A stretch of 64,000 bases of DNA, taken from contig CAJINV010000002.1 in the NCBI GenBank assembly GCA_905178155.1, forward strand, positions 3,424,515 through 3,488,514, written 5' to 3'. The position numbers were made by a program, and so were the translations under genes. Under the pieces are notes generated by a model, which was not told the DNA's origin, made no database searches, and saw only the letters and a program-made list of their open reading frames with translations. Shown one piece after another: positions 39,563-52,856 of this stretch (positions within the stretch are counted from its first letter, which is position 1; every line of letters begins with the position of its first letter). This DNA comes from Amoebophrya sp. A120 (lineage: Eukaryota > Protista > Dinoflagellata).

Positions 39563-40254
39563 ATGATGTCCTCCACCTCTCGCTTTTTTGACAGTGTAGT
39601 TCCTCGCACTCGTCAAAGGAGGATGCTGATCCGCCTTCAACTAGTGGTACTCTTTCATCATGATCTTCTTGGACATAATTCCTATGGCCCACGAGGAGCT
39701 GAAGATGGTGTAATAAAACCTTCAGTCGCTCACGCCTTGTCCTTCACCGTGCAGAGATCGAGCAAGGAGCACAGAATGATCGGTATTAAAAAGCAAGTAT
39801 GCATTGCAAAAGTATCGTACTAGTATCCATCGAAGACTTACAGGATCTAACGGAAGCTTTAGTGGCCCAGAAAGCGCACTTTTTCGCGGACGCGATGAGT
39901 TTAGAATCCCAAAAAGACGTGCAACAGAAAGTCTTAACTAGCGGAATGGACGAAGAGCAATATCCGATATCATTGTTGCAAGCGCGGTGTGCCGGGGTGG
40001 CGACATCAAAACGGAGGACGAAAGGGGCCGCGGGGAGAAAGGTCGCCGGGGGGAAAAAGATAGTCGCGCAGAAGCAAGGAACAAAGTCAACGTTGCAGCG
40101 AAAAAAGAGTGCCGCCGCTGCTGTCCCACTGCCGGTTCCGAAGCCACCGAGCCCCACCAGCTCCAAGCCACCCAGCCCCACAGGCTCCAAGCCCCCCAGT
40201 CCCACCACGTCCAAGCCTCCCAGCCCGAGCTCCAGTCCCAGAGGGCAGAAATGA
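39563..40254 (+). pseudogene. Family paralog 5 remnant: N-terminus fused to C-terminus through a truncated introner end
   Basis: The leader with ALSFTVQRSSK is followed by only ~29 bp of a family-A left end (39798-). The sequence then jumps out of frame to IEDLQDLTEALVAQKAHFFADAMSLESQK, highly similar to paralog 4 at ~35285. Confidence 0.65.
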
Positions 40255-41296
40255 GGGCCGCAGGAGGTCCTTCACACTACAGTGTCTGACGCGTTGTTAA
40301 TTTTCCACGACGGTGTTTATTTTCGTGTAGAAAAACTTTTTCAAAAATTCAGGATTTTTTTGAAAATCGAGATCGTAGTCGTTTTTGTGCCTGATAACAT
40401 CCTAAGTTAGTAGTACCAATCCGAAACCGAATATGACGTCGGAATTGTTTTATAAGAGTAAACTTCTATTTGGATTTTACGAGTAAAGGTCTTGGGAACC
40501 CCTCGACTTTGCATACTCTAAGCACTCACCCCCCCCTCGCCAGAAGTACTCGATGAAGTTCATTTCAGAGACTCATCCTCAACTGGAAAGCGAACAATTG
40601 TATCTGTGTCGCCATTCATCAAATCTCGTTACCCTCGCAGCTTCTCGTGGCTGCTGCGGAGATGAGGTACTAGTTGATACGCCAATAGTAGCGCGACTGG
40701 GCCTTTAGTTCATCATGTTCTTCTCCTCGTTTAGTAGTGAGAAAAGTTGAAGAAGTTCTCTTCTCGCTCCTGCAAACTACCGCACTTCGGTCGAGCAGGT
40801 TCATCAAAGATCATCAAAGCATCAAAAGAGGTAAACTCCGATACGACTGGTGTTGAGACACGCGAGTTCTTCAAAAGTCCTTATGTGGAGCAGTCGGTGG
40901 CTAGTGCCACAAGCAGATCGAGTTTGATGAGACCAGACCTTTGGTTAAGTAGACTGAAACTTTCAATTAAGTCGTGTTGAAGCTCAAACTCATGCTATCT
41001 ACGGTGGATAGAAGACCAAAAGAAGTTCGCTCAATGTTCTTGAAGATGCGGCATATTCGAAGCTAGGCCTTCATTTTATCTGATATCGATTTTATGGTAA
41101 CGCTCCAGCGACATGAGTTTCATCTTTTGGGGGCTGTTTTAGCCACGACGTCGGAGGTCAAGTTTGCGTTTAGTTTCTGAGTGAGTAAAAAGAAAAACCC
41201 TAATTAACTTCTCTTACTCTGAAGCCATCAAGAACTACAAAGCACTTGAAGAGGACCTATTGCTTCTTTGAAGCAGCTTCTCCCACAGAACTCAGG

Positions 41297-44200
41297 ATGG
41301 GAGGTGGCGGCAAAGGCGGTGGGGGGAACGGCAAAAGCGGCGGCAAAAGCAGTGGAGGAGGTTCTTACGGCAAATTCCAGCCCAGCGACCGCGGTGGTGG
41401 AAAAAATGACAGTCACCACAACGACCACTACGACTACGATGACTACAATACCTACCACAACCGCGCGCACGCAAAGACCGTCGGGGAGATAAAACAGATG
41501 CTCGAACCGGTGTTTGATAGCAAAAATGATCCAGACACGACCATGACCAAGTTTCTATCCGCTTTGGAAGTTAGCAGAACCGCGAAAAACGACGAGGTGA
41601 TCAACAAAAGAACCTCATTGATCCCAATACTCGAGGATCACGGCGGATTGGAGAACTGCGCGAGGGGGTGGAGCGAGATGCTGGATTTGTTCTCGCAACA
41701 GCAGGGAAAAATGCCGCAAAAAGAGCAGCCGGTGTATGAATCGGAGGAGTTGTGGGACGTGATTCAGAAAATCGGCTTCACGGTCCGGGACGAGCAGATG
41801 AGGAGGGTGGAATTGGAGTTGTTGCAAAGATTGTACAAGAGAGGAGAGTATGAAGTGCAAAAGTATCGTACTGGTACTAGTTGTGTAAATCGCATGACAA
41901 ATTTCCTCAGCATGAGAAGTGAAATTTGTCGTGCGGATTTAACTTCAGAAAGAAATTTGTAATGCAGGAGTGCGATGAGAACTAGCAGTACGATACTTTT
42001 GCAATGCATAGAGAGTATTTCGCGCACTACTTGTACTTATCCAACTTCCCCGATTACAACCCAACTTCCCTCCAAGATTATCAGAACAAGGGCAAGCCCG
42101 GAAATGATTTACCCGCGGTTCTGATGGTGGCGGAAAAACCGTCGATCGCGAAAATCATCACGGAACACCTGTCCGGCGGGAGGTACCGGACCAAGTACGG
42201 GTGTTTATCCCGGGCGTGTCAGACCTACGAGTTCATCAGCTACTTCCTCCCGCACGATAGCAGTAAGAGGCAGAAGTGCAAGATCATCGTCACCTCCGTG
42301 ATCGGGCACGTCTTCGGCTTGACGTTTAAGAAGCAGAAGGGATTACGTCCGGAAATGATGTTCGCCGCGGAAACATCAAAGGAAATCGAGGACGGGAGTC
42401 GGAAGATGCGAGTGCCAGAGCACTTGCAGGATTTAGCGAAAGATTGCGAGTACCTGGCGTTGTGGTTGGATTGCGACAGGGAGGGGGAGAACATCTGCTA
42501 CGAAGTGATTTCCATCATCAGAGAGCACTTCCCCACCGACCAAAACATTTACCGAGCGCATTTCTCCGCGATAACGGAGCAGGAAATTAGACGAAGTTAC
42601 GACGATCTGCGCCGGCCGAACAAGTTTTTGGCCATGAGCGTCGACGCGCGGCAGGATATCCTGAGTAAAAACGTCCCCACCCCAGAGTTGTGATGCAGAT
42701 CTGCAAGCACAGGAGCGTTTGTAATGCGCGATCCCATGCGGGGCATTATCAATTGTGTTTTGGAACTTGTAATGCTGTAAAGAGCATAAGGAGATCGATT
42801 TGTTATGCGGCTTCCCTTGCTAAACTGCACTACGCTACAGCCTGCAATTTGTCATGCGTGGTTCCCAAAACTTCAAGGTTTGTGTTGCAAAATCCCCATC
42901 TTGACTCTGGGGCGGGGACGTTTTTACATAGGATACAGGAATTGGATTTGAAGGTCGGGATTAGCTTTTCTACTCTATCAAATGTAAAAATGTCTGGGTC
43001 TGGAAGATTGCAAGGTTTGTCATGCACATTTTGCATTACCCGTGATGTCTGTGATGTATGCACCAGCATCACAAATTTTTTGCGAGCATCTTGATGCCTA
43101 TCCCGCATGAGAAATCCCCTCTCCCAGAGCAAAAACTGGACGCCTCTTGATGCTCATGCAATACAGATTTTTTTGGATTCCAAAAATAGCATCACAAGTT
43201 GCATTCTTCCAGACATCCAGGGATTTTTACATTTGATATACTCTATTGAAGTACAATTTTTTAGACCTCGCGAAGCAGAAATTCCCGCGGATGGATTTGA
43301 AGATGCTGACCTACGGGCCGTGCCAAACCCCGACCTTGTGGTTTTGTGTGGAAAGACACAAGGAGATCAAGGGATTTAAACGGGAAAAGTGGTTTTTGCC
43401 GAAATTCAAGTGGCAGTATAGCAGTAGTTCTAGCGATGATTACGGTAGGAGTAACAATAAAGGCGGTGGGAAAGGGAACAAGGGCGGGAAAGGTGGGAAC
43501 AAAAACAGTCGCGATGAAGAGGAGGAAGTTCCGGAAAACATTTTAGTCTTCACAACCGAGAAACTTTGGCGTATCCTGTGCAAAAGTATCGTACTCGTAT
43601 TGCAATCGTGCATTACAAATCTTTTTCTTAAAGGTAAATCAGCACTACAGATTTTATTTCTCATGCAGGGGAAATTTGTAATGCATTTATACGAGTACGA
43701 TACTTATGCAGTTCATATGACGCTACCCGGGTCAGTTTGAGCAGTTTACATCAAGAGGTGGGATATCCTGTGTTAAAACGTCCCCACCCCAGAGTTGTTA
43801 TGCTGGTGCGCATGCTCAGGATGTGTGTCATGCGGCTCTCCATGAGAGGCATTACCTAGTGGCGTTTGAGAATCTGTCATGCGATAATCAGGATCACAGA
43901 CTGGTTCTGTGATGCGTTTGGACTAGCTAGGCACGACTAGACTGCGAAGCCAAACTTGTCATGCGTGAGTCCCAAAGACGCTCGATTTGTCTTGCCGAGA
44001 TCCCAACTTGACTCTGGGGTAGGGACGTTTTTACACAGGATACGGGAACAACAGCAGTAGTTACGGAAGGAGCAACAATTACGGCAGAAACAACTACGGC
44101 AGTAGCAGTTATGGTGGTAGCAGCTCTACCACCGCCACGATTCTCCGCACGCGGGAGGAGGAAAAGCAGATGAAGAAACCGGTCGGGTTGAACACGGTCC

Positions 44201-46769
44201 AGATGCTCAAGGCCGCGTCAGCTTTGGGTCTCAGCTATGCATTGCAAAGGTAACGTACTTAGTATAAATAGCATCACAAATTCCCTCAGCATTAGAAATG
44301 GAGTTTGTAGTGCTGTTTTAGTACCTTAGGAGGAAGATTTGTCATGCATGTTTGCAATTAGTACGAGCGCGATGCTTTTGCACTTCATATCAGCCCGGGT
44401 ACGGCGATGAAGGTCGCCGAGGATCTTTATTCCATGGGCTACATCTCCTACCCGAGAACGGAATCGACAAAATACGCTGATTCTTACAACGTCTTGGAGG
44501 TTTTAGAGGAGCAAAGCAGAGCTCCTGGTTGGGGGAAGACGGTAGAAGTCTTCCTGAAGATATCGCAAGAAAAAACTGTTTCACTGTGAACCTGTGATGC
44601 AGAGAACGAAACACCAAACTGTTTGTTTTGCTACACCTGCATAGAGCATTGGAGTTTCAACCGTGTTTTTCCCTATGGGAAAAATAAACGTGCATGGCAA
44701 ATTTTCTGTCTCATGTGTAACAAACTTGTGATGCAGATCTTGCAAAACCATGACAGTGAATGTGAAACAGTTTTTTCGTGGGACAGAAGAAGAAAAACTG
44801 GAACGTCCCAACCCCCTCTCACGGCCACGACGCGGGGGACCACCCGCCAATCACCCCCTGCGGACCGCTTGCTCGCCGGGATGACATGAAGAAGGGAAAC
44901 CAGTGGATATGGCGTTCTCAAATGTTACATTCTCAACTGTTACATGGTTTGTCATGCAGAAAAATTCCCATCAGAATCGACACGATCAAGCTGGTTCGCA
45001 TGGCAAATTCTCGAAATACCGAACAGGCTGAGGATCTTCTGTGCCAAATCTGTCATGCAAGACGCGGAAGGTCACGCCTTTCACTTTTGCCATTCTTGCA
45101 TCACAACTTCATGTAGCAGTTGAGAATGTAACAGTTGAGAGCGCCATAGTGGAAACTCTACGAGTACGTGTGCCGGCACTTCGTTGCGTCGGTGATGGAC
45201 GACGCTTATTACACGGAGTTCACTGTGGAGGCACTATCAAATGCAAAAATGTCTGGGTCTGAAAGAGCCAAACTTGTGATGCTGGTGCTGCGTTTGGATG
45301 CTAAAAAAACCTGTATTGCGTGACCAGCAAGAGAATTCAAATTTGGCTACGCGGAGAGGGCATTTATCATGCTGGATGCGCATAGATAAGCGCTCAAAAA
45401 ATCTGTGATGCTATGGCATATTACATCACAGACGTCATGGATCATGGAAAATGTGCATGACAAAGCTGTGCTCTTCCAGAACCAGACACTTTTGCATTTG
45501 ATAGGCACAAATCGGGAACAATTCCAGTGACATTTTCACCTCCACCTTCCAAACTTTCCACGATAAGGGATTCTTGTTCGCCACGCCGTGGAAGGGCGAT
45601 GTGTTCAACGACAAGACGGATATGTGGCGAAAGATGGAGAAGAAGGGATTGTTCTCTGCGCAGGGGAATTTGAGGATCGACGTGCAGGATTTCAAAATCG
45701 TCGAGGGACAAACGGAGCCGCCACAGTATTTAAAGGAGTCGGAACTAATTGCGTTGATGGACAAACACGGGATCGGCACGGACGCATCGATGGCGGGCCA
45801 CATCGATAACGTCGTTGCTCGAAACTATTGCAAGGTCTGCGGACCGTGTACGGACGGTAATATTAAATTAAGGTTATTTGCGTTTGCGTCGCTTGTTATG
45901 CAGAACAATTTCAGGAGTTCCATGAGTTCTTACAAAGAATTATTTCCTTCTAACTCTTCTCTCAGGTTCCGGCAACGCCGGCGACCCGATCTCCACGAAA
46001 GGCAAAGGCAAGGGAAAAACGAGGCAGGGCGACCGCCCAACGTCCCGGCACATGGTCCCCACCGGTCTGGGTTTGGCGATCTTAGACATGTTGGAGCGCA
46101 TTGTCCCCGACGTAGTGCAGCCGAAGGTGAGGAGCTTTATGGAAAAGCAGTGCGCGTTGATTTCCGAGGGCATCGAGTCGAAAGAACGGGTGGTGAGCGA
46201 GAATTTGGATCTGTTTGAATCCAGGTTCAACGAATTTTGGACGAGGTTGGACGAAGTCAGGTTTATCCTAGAGCCGAAAGATGAGAAAGGCGGTGGGGGT
46301 GGAAGACACAATAACGACAGAGGAGGCGGTCGTGGTGGTTACGACAATCGGGGTAACGGTGGAGGTGGAAACGATTGGAAAGGCGGCGGCGGCGGGGGAA
46401 AAGGCGGCGGCGGACGAGGAGGTAGGATTTTACTTATGAGTTTCTGGCTCGGCTGAAGTCGGCATTTTTTGTCTATCATGCCATTTTTTTGTCCGGTACT
46501 TGAAATAGAGATGATCATGCCAGACACGTGCATCAGCATAAAGCTGCTCTCATTTTGTCATTGTCCTCCTCAACACAGGTAACAACTACAAAAAGCCGAC
46601 AAGAGAGATCGACTTCGACGAAGACATCCGGGGCTACCGTGGCGGAACGCAGGACCCAAGAGGGAAATTCGGCCAAGAAGATGACGACGATTGGGGGGAG
46701 GAATATGCCACGTATGGGAACAATGGAAATGGTGGGAATTACGAGAATTGGGATGAGGATTGGTATTGA
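41297..46769 (+). CDS. TOP3B: DNA topoisomerase III beta (type IA); 9 inverted-repeat introns and 2 GT-AG introns
   Basis: Toprim VLMVAEKPSIAK and LWLDCDREGENI, VDARQELDLKVG, YGPCQTPTL, catalytic GYISYPRTES, GDHPPITP, LYEYVCRHF, MDKHGIGTDAS, and an RGG-rich C-terminus. Canonical introns 45857-45965 and 46422-46578. Confidence 0.92.
44908..45148. mobile_element. Introner family G (TIR TATGGCGTTCTCAAA.GTTACATTCTCAACTG)
   Basis: Copies 13267-13498 and 44908-45148 (GTGGA/GTGGA). Confidence 0.85.
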
Positions 46770-48056
46770 CGAGTTGTTTGGAGTGAAACTGAAACAAAGA
46801 TTGTCCACTTTAATTGAATTACACGCGCCTTTGTTGAATTATGACGAAAATTATCTGTAAACAACTTCTACTACACCACACGACAAGTGAAAATAGAATA
46901 CGACAGACGAGCTTACTACTCACGCAAAAGTTCGAGACGGAAATTTGACCGTGAAACCCCTTTGAAAACTGAACAGCTTTTCAAAAAACGCCAGATAAAG
47001 TGCTATCACTACGACGCATCGTCTAGTAAGTACGATGAGAAAAGCGGGACCACGCAAATACTTGAAAGACGAACTACGTATCGCCACTTCCTCCGACGCA
47101 CTGTAGGACCACGATACTCATGATGCGTTCCTTCTCTGAGTGCTGTCCTCTTGCTAACGAAAGCGATAGACTCAATGATCAGTGATGTCATACGGACGAT
47201 TTTTTCGGTTTAGTTTTTCCAGCGAATGTATTGTTCGCCTCGGTTTGGATTATCATAACAAGGTGTATAGTACTTCGGTTTGTGAATCAGAATCGCTACG
47301 TCGTGCTGGGGTCAATACTTCACTCGTGCGTGCATAAACGCTCTACTGTCGGTGTCCTGTAATATGCCAAGTCGCTTTCTCCTGATGGCGGAGGCTACAT
47401 CAGTAAAGGAACACGATCTACTCTCTGTCGCAGTGTAGTAGTTGGGCCGTAGCTGAAGCGCGATGCTGTATGAGGCTCAACTTCTACAAAACCTCGGAGG
47501 ACAAGAAAGATCCAAAGATGATATACGGAAGCTACTAGCACACAGCTTTATTTCTCATGGTTCCTACTCACTACCATTTGATTCTCGGTGGAACAACAAG
47601 GGCCGTTTGACACCTTCGAGTCGTGGGACCAATTTTTCTCATTTCTGCACAAAACTCCGTTTCAGGCACGGGAAGTAGAACAACAAGCACTACACTCTCA
47701 CATGCACATAGGTGAAAGAATAAGAAATTGTGCAAGAAAAAGTTTCTTTTTGAACCCTCGCGAGAGGACCTCCGCCGCGGCAAATTTTTTTCCTTAGATC
47801 GTAACCCATTTTGAATACGCGATAAACTTAAACACCTTTGACAAAAATATTACTTACATACTTTTTAGAACAACCAAATTCTTTTTTTTCCACTCGATGT
47901 TGCGATGCAACTAACAGCATGACATGAAGATGAAGTGGTCCATAATTTGGAACCACGAACTGTACTGCTGCAGTTGAACTACCAAGGAGAAGTTCACAGC
48001 AGGAAGAACAGTGCTCACTTACTTCTCGTCCACGAGCGCAAGACATCCCATCGATC

Positions 48057-50064
48057 ATGCCTCGCGGTTCGAAGCCGCGGGACCGGCGCTATCACGGTGC
48101 GGCGGCAGCCGGTATGGATTGCAAAAATGTCTGGGTCTGGAAGATCATTGCAACTTGTCGTGCTAAATCCGAATCATGCTAAAATCTGTGTTGCATGAGT
48201 GCCAAAAGCTGTCCACTTGCGACCAAGTTGGAAGGGAGTTTCTCATGCAGGATAGGCATGACAGAGACGCCCCAGAGTCTGTCATGCCGGGGCCCGCTAA
48301 CAGACCTCCTGGGTCATGGACAACCTGCATGACAAGTTCACACTCTTCCAGACCCAGACATTATTGCAGTTGATAGCCGGTGGCGGAGATAACGATGACG
48401 ATAGTACTATGGAGTACACGAATCTCCTCCCGCAGAACACCAACAGGTTAAAACAAAATGACGATGCGAACACGGTGTCGGATAAGAAAGCCTTACTGCA
48501 GAAACTCGCCGGCGTGAATCCAGGCTCCGCGGTCAATTCCCGGGACTACAAACTCGGGTCAGCGTCTGGCACAACGCCTCTCATGGGGCAACTACAGACA
48601 CTGACCGGGACGATAAACAGCTTGATGTTGGAATTACAATACATCCGGGCGGAAATCTATAGGCGAGTAGTGGAAGAAGCGTCAGGAACAAGGCAACAGA
48701 ACAGCGGGACGAAAGCAGGTGGGTTGACGCCCCAGGAACAGGCTTTGAGGGAGCTACCTTTAGACCAGTTGCTGCGGAGAGGGAAAGGGTATAAAGCGAA
48801 ACTGATTTGGTTTTCTTGCAGCTGCAGCTCTGCTCCAGTTGTACTGTACTACTTGTATTTGTAATCGCTACTTTCATGCAAGACAATCTCTATCTCATTC
48901 TCAATCTCTATTGCATAACATAAAATGACAAATACGCGACAGGTTCTGCGAATCCATCCAGAATGTGATCCATGACCTCCGTGAGGAGCAAACCGAGGCA
49001 AAGACCCCAGCGGAAAAGCAGATGGTGGCCCGGTCGATCACGATGGCGTCGCAGGCTTTTAAAGAAGCTCTAACCGATTTTCTCGACCTGGAGTCCCGGT
49101 ACCGAGACATGGTAAATGATCAGATCAGGAAGAACGGGAAGCAAGGATCATCAAAAGGCGGCGCGTCTTCACCCACTATGACCAACAACTACGGAGCCGT
49201 GTCGCCCCCTGGCAGTCCTGCGCAAATGGGCGCCTCTGGTAACCTCAACAACCTGCAGATGCAAACGCAAAAGGGAAACAACCGGTTTTCCATGAAGGGA
49301 GGGAATATGCAGGGGATCCAACAGCAATACTACATAGACGAGGAGACCCAGAAGCTTCACAACTTGCTCTCTGTGCAAGAGTATGCAATGCAAAAGCATC
49401 GTACGCGTAAGCGTATTGCAATCATGCATTACAAATTTTTTTCTCAAGATAAATTCGCATCACAAATTCCATTTGTCATGCTGAGGAAATTATTTGTAAT
49501 GCATTTAATTATACAAATGCGATGCTTTTGCAATGCATAAAGGGTCAATGAAAAAATTCGAGCAGGAGATAAATCAGTTGGCAGAAATGGTGGAATATTG
49601 CGCGGCGGTATAGATCATGATATTCGCTTTCTTTGTGGAGTTGTTGAAGAACCTTGGTCGTTGCGGAATTTCAATTTGCAACTGATAGATGACAGTTCGA
49701 CTCTGTCTCTTTGTCATGCATTATTTGACACAGCGAAAGTCCCAATTCTCATGCAAAATTAATCACTTATCAAAAACAGGTCCAGCAAGAACAGACGGAA
49801 CTTCTCGCGTCTATCGAGAACCACGTGGATGTCACCGACGAATTCATTGGCGCGGGTGTGATCAAACTTCACGAAGCTGAGGAGCATCAAGCAAATTACA
49901 TGAACAAGCGGCTCTGGCTCTTCTGGGCTGCAGCGGGGACGTGCAGCATCATGCTGATAATCCTGGTCATCATGAGCTTTTGCTGGTTTGGGAGCTGTTG
50001 TGTGGCTTGTTCCGACGGAAGTAACACACCGTCGGGCGGCTCGGGAGGCACGACGACGAACTAG
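48057..50064 (+). CDS. Syntaxin (Qa-SNARE)
   Basis: N-terminal RDR peptide, helical Habc-like region, SNARE motif EQEINQLAEMVEYCAAVQQEQTELLASIENHVDVTDEFIGAGVIKLHEAEEHQ, C-terminal TM. Introners 48113-48375 and 49382-49539; GT-AG introns 48789-48942 and 49608-49779. Confidence 0.8.
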
Positions 50065-51780
50065 CACAGAAGTGTGCATGTTGAGCTTGCGATCAGTGGT
50101 GGAAAAAATTAGAATCTGAATTTTTCAAAAAGTATTAAAAAGTATAAGTAACGAAAGGAAAATGAGTTACGATGTAACACGGAAAAAACAAATTTGTTAG
50201 AGCGGTTTGGGATTTGTTGACGATAGGATATCTGAAACTACACGGCGGAGCTACAACGAGAACGCAATGGTGCAGAGTACTTACTAGTACGTGCAAGAAA
50301 TAACGTGAGCAGTTTCAGTATCAAAGGACGGAAAAAGCACATGCTGTACTAGTGTGCGAGCTCTAACTTCTACTCTAGCTAAACCAATCATGGCAGCACT
50401 GTAAATCTCATCTTTTGGCGCATATAGTTCTTTCTACTAGTAGGTCAATTGTATACGAGAATTGGAGATATTTATTAATCATTTGCATACTTATTACGGT
50501 TTTAGTACCATCACTACTACTCTACCAAGAAGGCCGAGCACGTACAGCGAAGTTGATGAGGCTTGATAGCTGCTTTTTCTTCGCTGTACTAATATTGGCG
50601 CTGCTCTTTTTGTGATGAAGTAGTACAGCTACCCTTTCATGTGTGATCAAGAAGCAAGGATCACGCTGGCTTCTGTACAATACCCTCAACATTTTTGATT
50701 TTGTGGACAAGGATGCAAATGCGTGATAATCATCAGGATAGACGATTAGATTTAGAAGATAAAAGCAGAAAACAAAGACAGAGAAGACAGCGTTTTTCAT
50801 CTCATGTCTGCCCTTATGAACAAGATGACACCCCTTTGGTATGTAAATGAGGCATACTGCTGCTTCTTATTCCTAGAAAATTCCGCGAACAGCGCTTCTC
50901 GAAGAGCCGCACAACTCGTGGCTCATCTCAGGAAGTGCAAGTGGCCCTCGCATACCGATCGTAGCACCTAAGGTGAAAACAACAACATGTCATGCATTTC
51001 TTTCCAGTAAATATTTTACTACATTTTTGTCCTCCCGGAAAACAAGAAAGTGGTTTTTCTTCAACGACAGGAGGGGAAACTCGCCGAACAAAAACACTAC
51101 ACGAGGAGGCGACCCGCTGAAGAATCAGACCGTTTGAATCTTCTTTTACACGGGTCTACAATGACGAGAGCAGCAAGTACGTCCTTGTGAGTTGTGAAGA
51201 AACTACATTTTATTTTGCAGCGAAGGGGCGGCGATGTTGATGCAGCAAATACAGGTGCTGCGTTACGGTTTTGGTGTTCTGTTCATCACGAGGTGGGAAT
51301 AAAGACCAAGACTATGTAGGAAGTCAGGACTTTCTCCATGTGCATGTTTGTCATGACATCAGGTTCATCTGGCTCCGTCCACCGCCCGCAATGTCGAAAG
51401 AGCCATGACGTTCCCATTAAGAAGTAGTCGGTCAACCACGAATTTTCAAAATTTTGTTTTTATGATCCCTGCAAATCCGCGAAATTTCAAAAATTTATTT
51501 TTATCGTTCTGCCCAAACAAAAAGTTTTGGAAGTGTGCAAAGCTCGAGGACAGACACCGTTTCAAAAATGTAGTCGTCGTTATGAAAATTCAAATTTTTT
51601 ATTTTTATCGCGTCGTCTGTATTAGCGCCACGCGTCGTGTGGGGTGCGGAATTTGCCTTCTGTCTTACGCGAAATTTCAAAATGTTCTTTTTATTTGCTT
51701 CGCGCATCCGCGAAATACTAAAATTTTATTTTTATTGAACTCAAAGAGACGTTAAGCTCATTAGTTTGCGCGCCGCCCCC

Positions 51781-52230
51781 GCGAATCTATTTGCGCCTCT
51801 GGATGTGAGCCTAAATTTGCCCCCGACACATGGGCTTCCCCATGGTATGGCGCATTGAAAGTTGCCCCCGGTGAATGTTTTTGCGCCTCTGGAGAGGAGC
51901 CTAGATTTGCCCCCGGCGAATGGGTTCCGCGATGGTATGGCGCATTGGAAGTTGGCCCCAGCGAATCTTTTTGCGCCTCTGGACGAGAGCCTAGATTTGC
52001 CCCCGGCGAATGGGTTCCCCGATGGTATGGCGCATCGAAAGTTGGCCCCAGCGAACCTTTTTGTGCCTCTGGACTGGAGCCTAAATTTGCTCCCGACGAA
52101 TGGCTTTCCCGATGCTATGGTGTGTTAAAAGTGCGCCCCGGCGAATCTTTTTGCGCCTCCGGGCGGGAGCCTAAATTTGCCCCCGGCGAATGCGTTTTCC
52201 GATGGTATGGCGCACTGAATGTTGGTTCCG
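51781..52230. repeat. Tandem repeat, five 90-bp units
   Basis: Units start G(C/T)GAA…TTG(C/T)GCCTC at 51781, 51871, 51961, 52051 and 52141. Confidence 0.9.
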
Positions 52231-52856
52231 TCGGATATTTTCGTGCTTCCGGATACGGTACCAATGTCGGTTTTGTCGTATGCTCACGGCTCGAGGACGA
52301 GCAGCAGTCATCGAGTCAGCTTTATTGAGTAGGTAGATCTAGATGTACGTAGCACCATGCTCGTTCCGAAGCAACACGCTGTCGCGACACTGAAGTATTT
52401 TCAGTCTTAATCGTGCAACAAAGACTTCGCTCATCGTCGGTACAGCAAGACTCAGAAAAATCGTCCATCAACCGTGACAACATTCGATCGTTCCGCACTA
52501 ATCTGTCGTACCACAGCAACAACGCAGACATCCCTGGCTGCAACGGAGCGACGTTATTGTGAATTTTCTCTATTGTTTTTGTCATTAAACATGCTTGCTA
52601 TTCTACTGACTTTGAAGAGCATCCACCTCGTGTTTATTCAACTCACCAGCTGCAGTTCTCAACCACAAGTGGGTTGCGCCTTACCAAGGCTTCTATTCCG
52701 TACGTCCAGCTTTGAACTGATTTTGTGTTGTCCCCCTACACTACAAGCATACGTCTTTCCGTTTTCCCCCACCTACCTGACGGCTCTTCCCAAAGAAACC
52801 TAAAACTCTCTTCTTTCAACGTAGCACATTTTCCTCCACCCTCACCACCAAACAAG

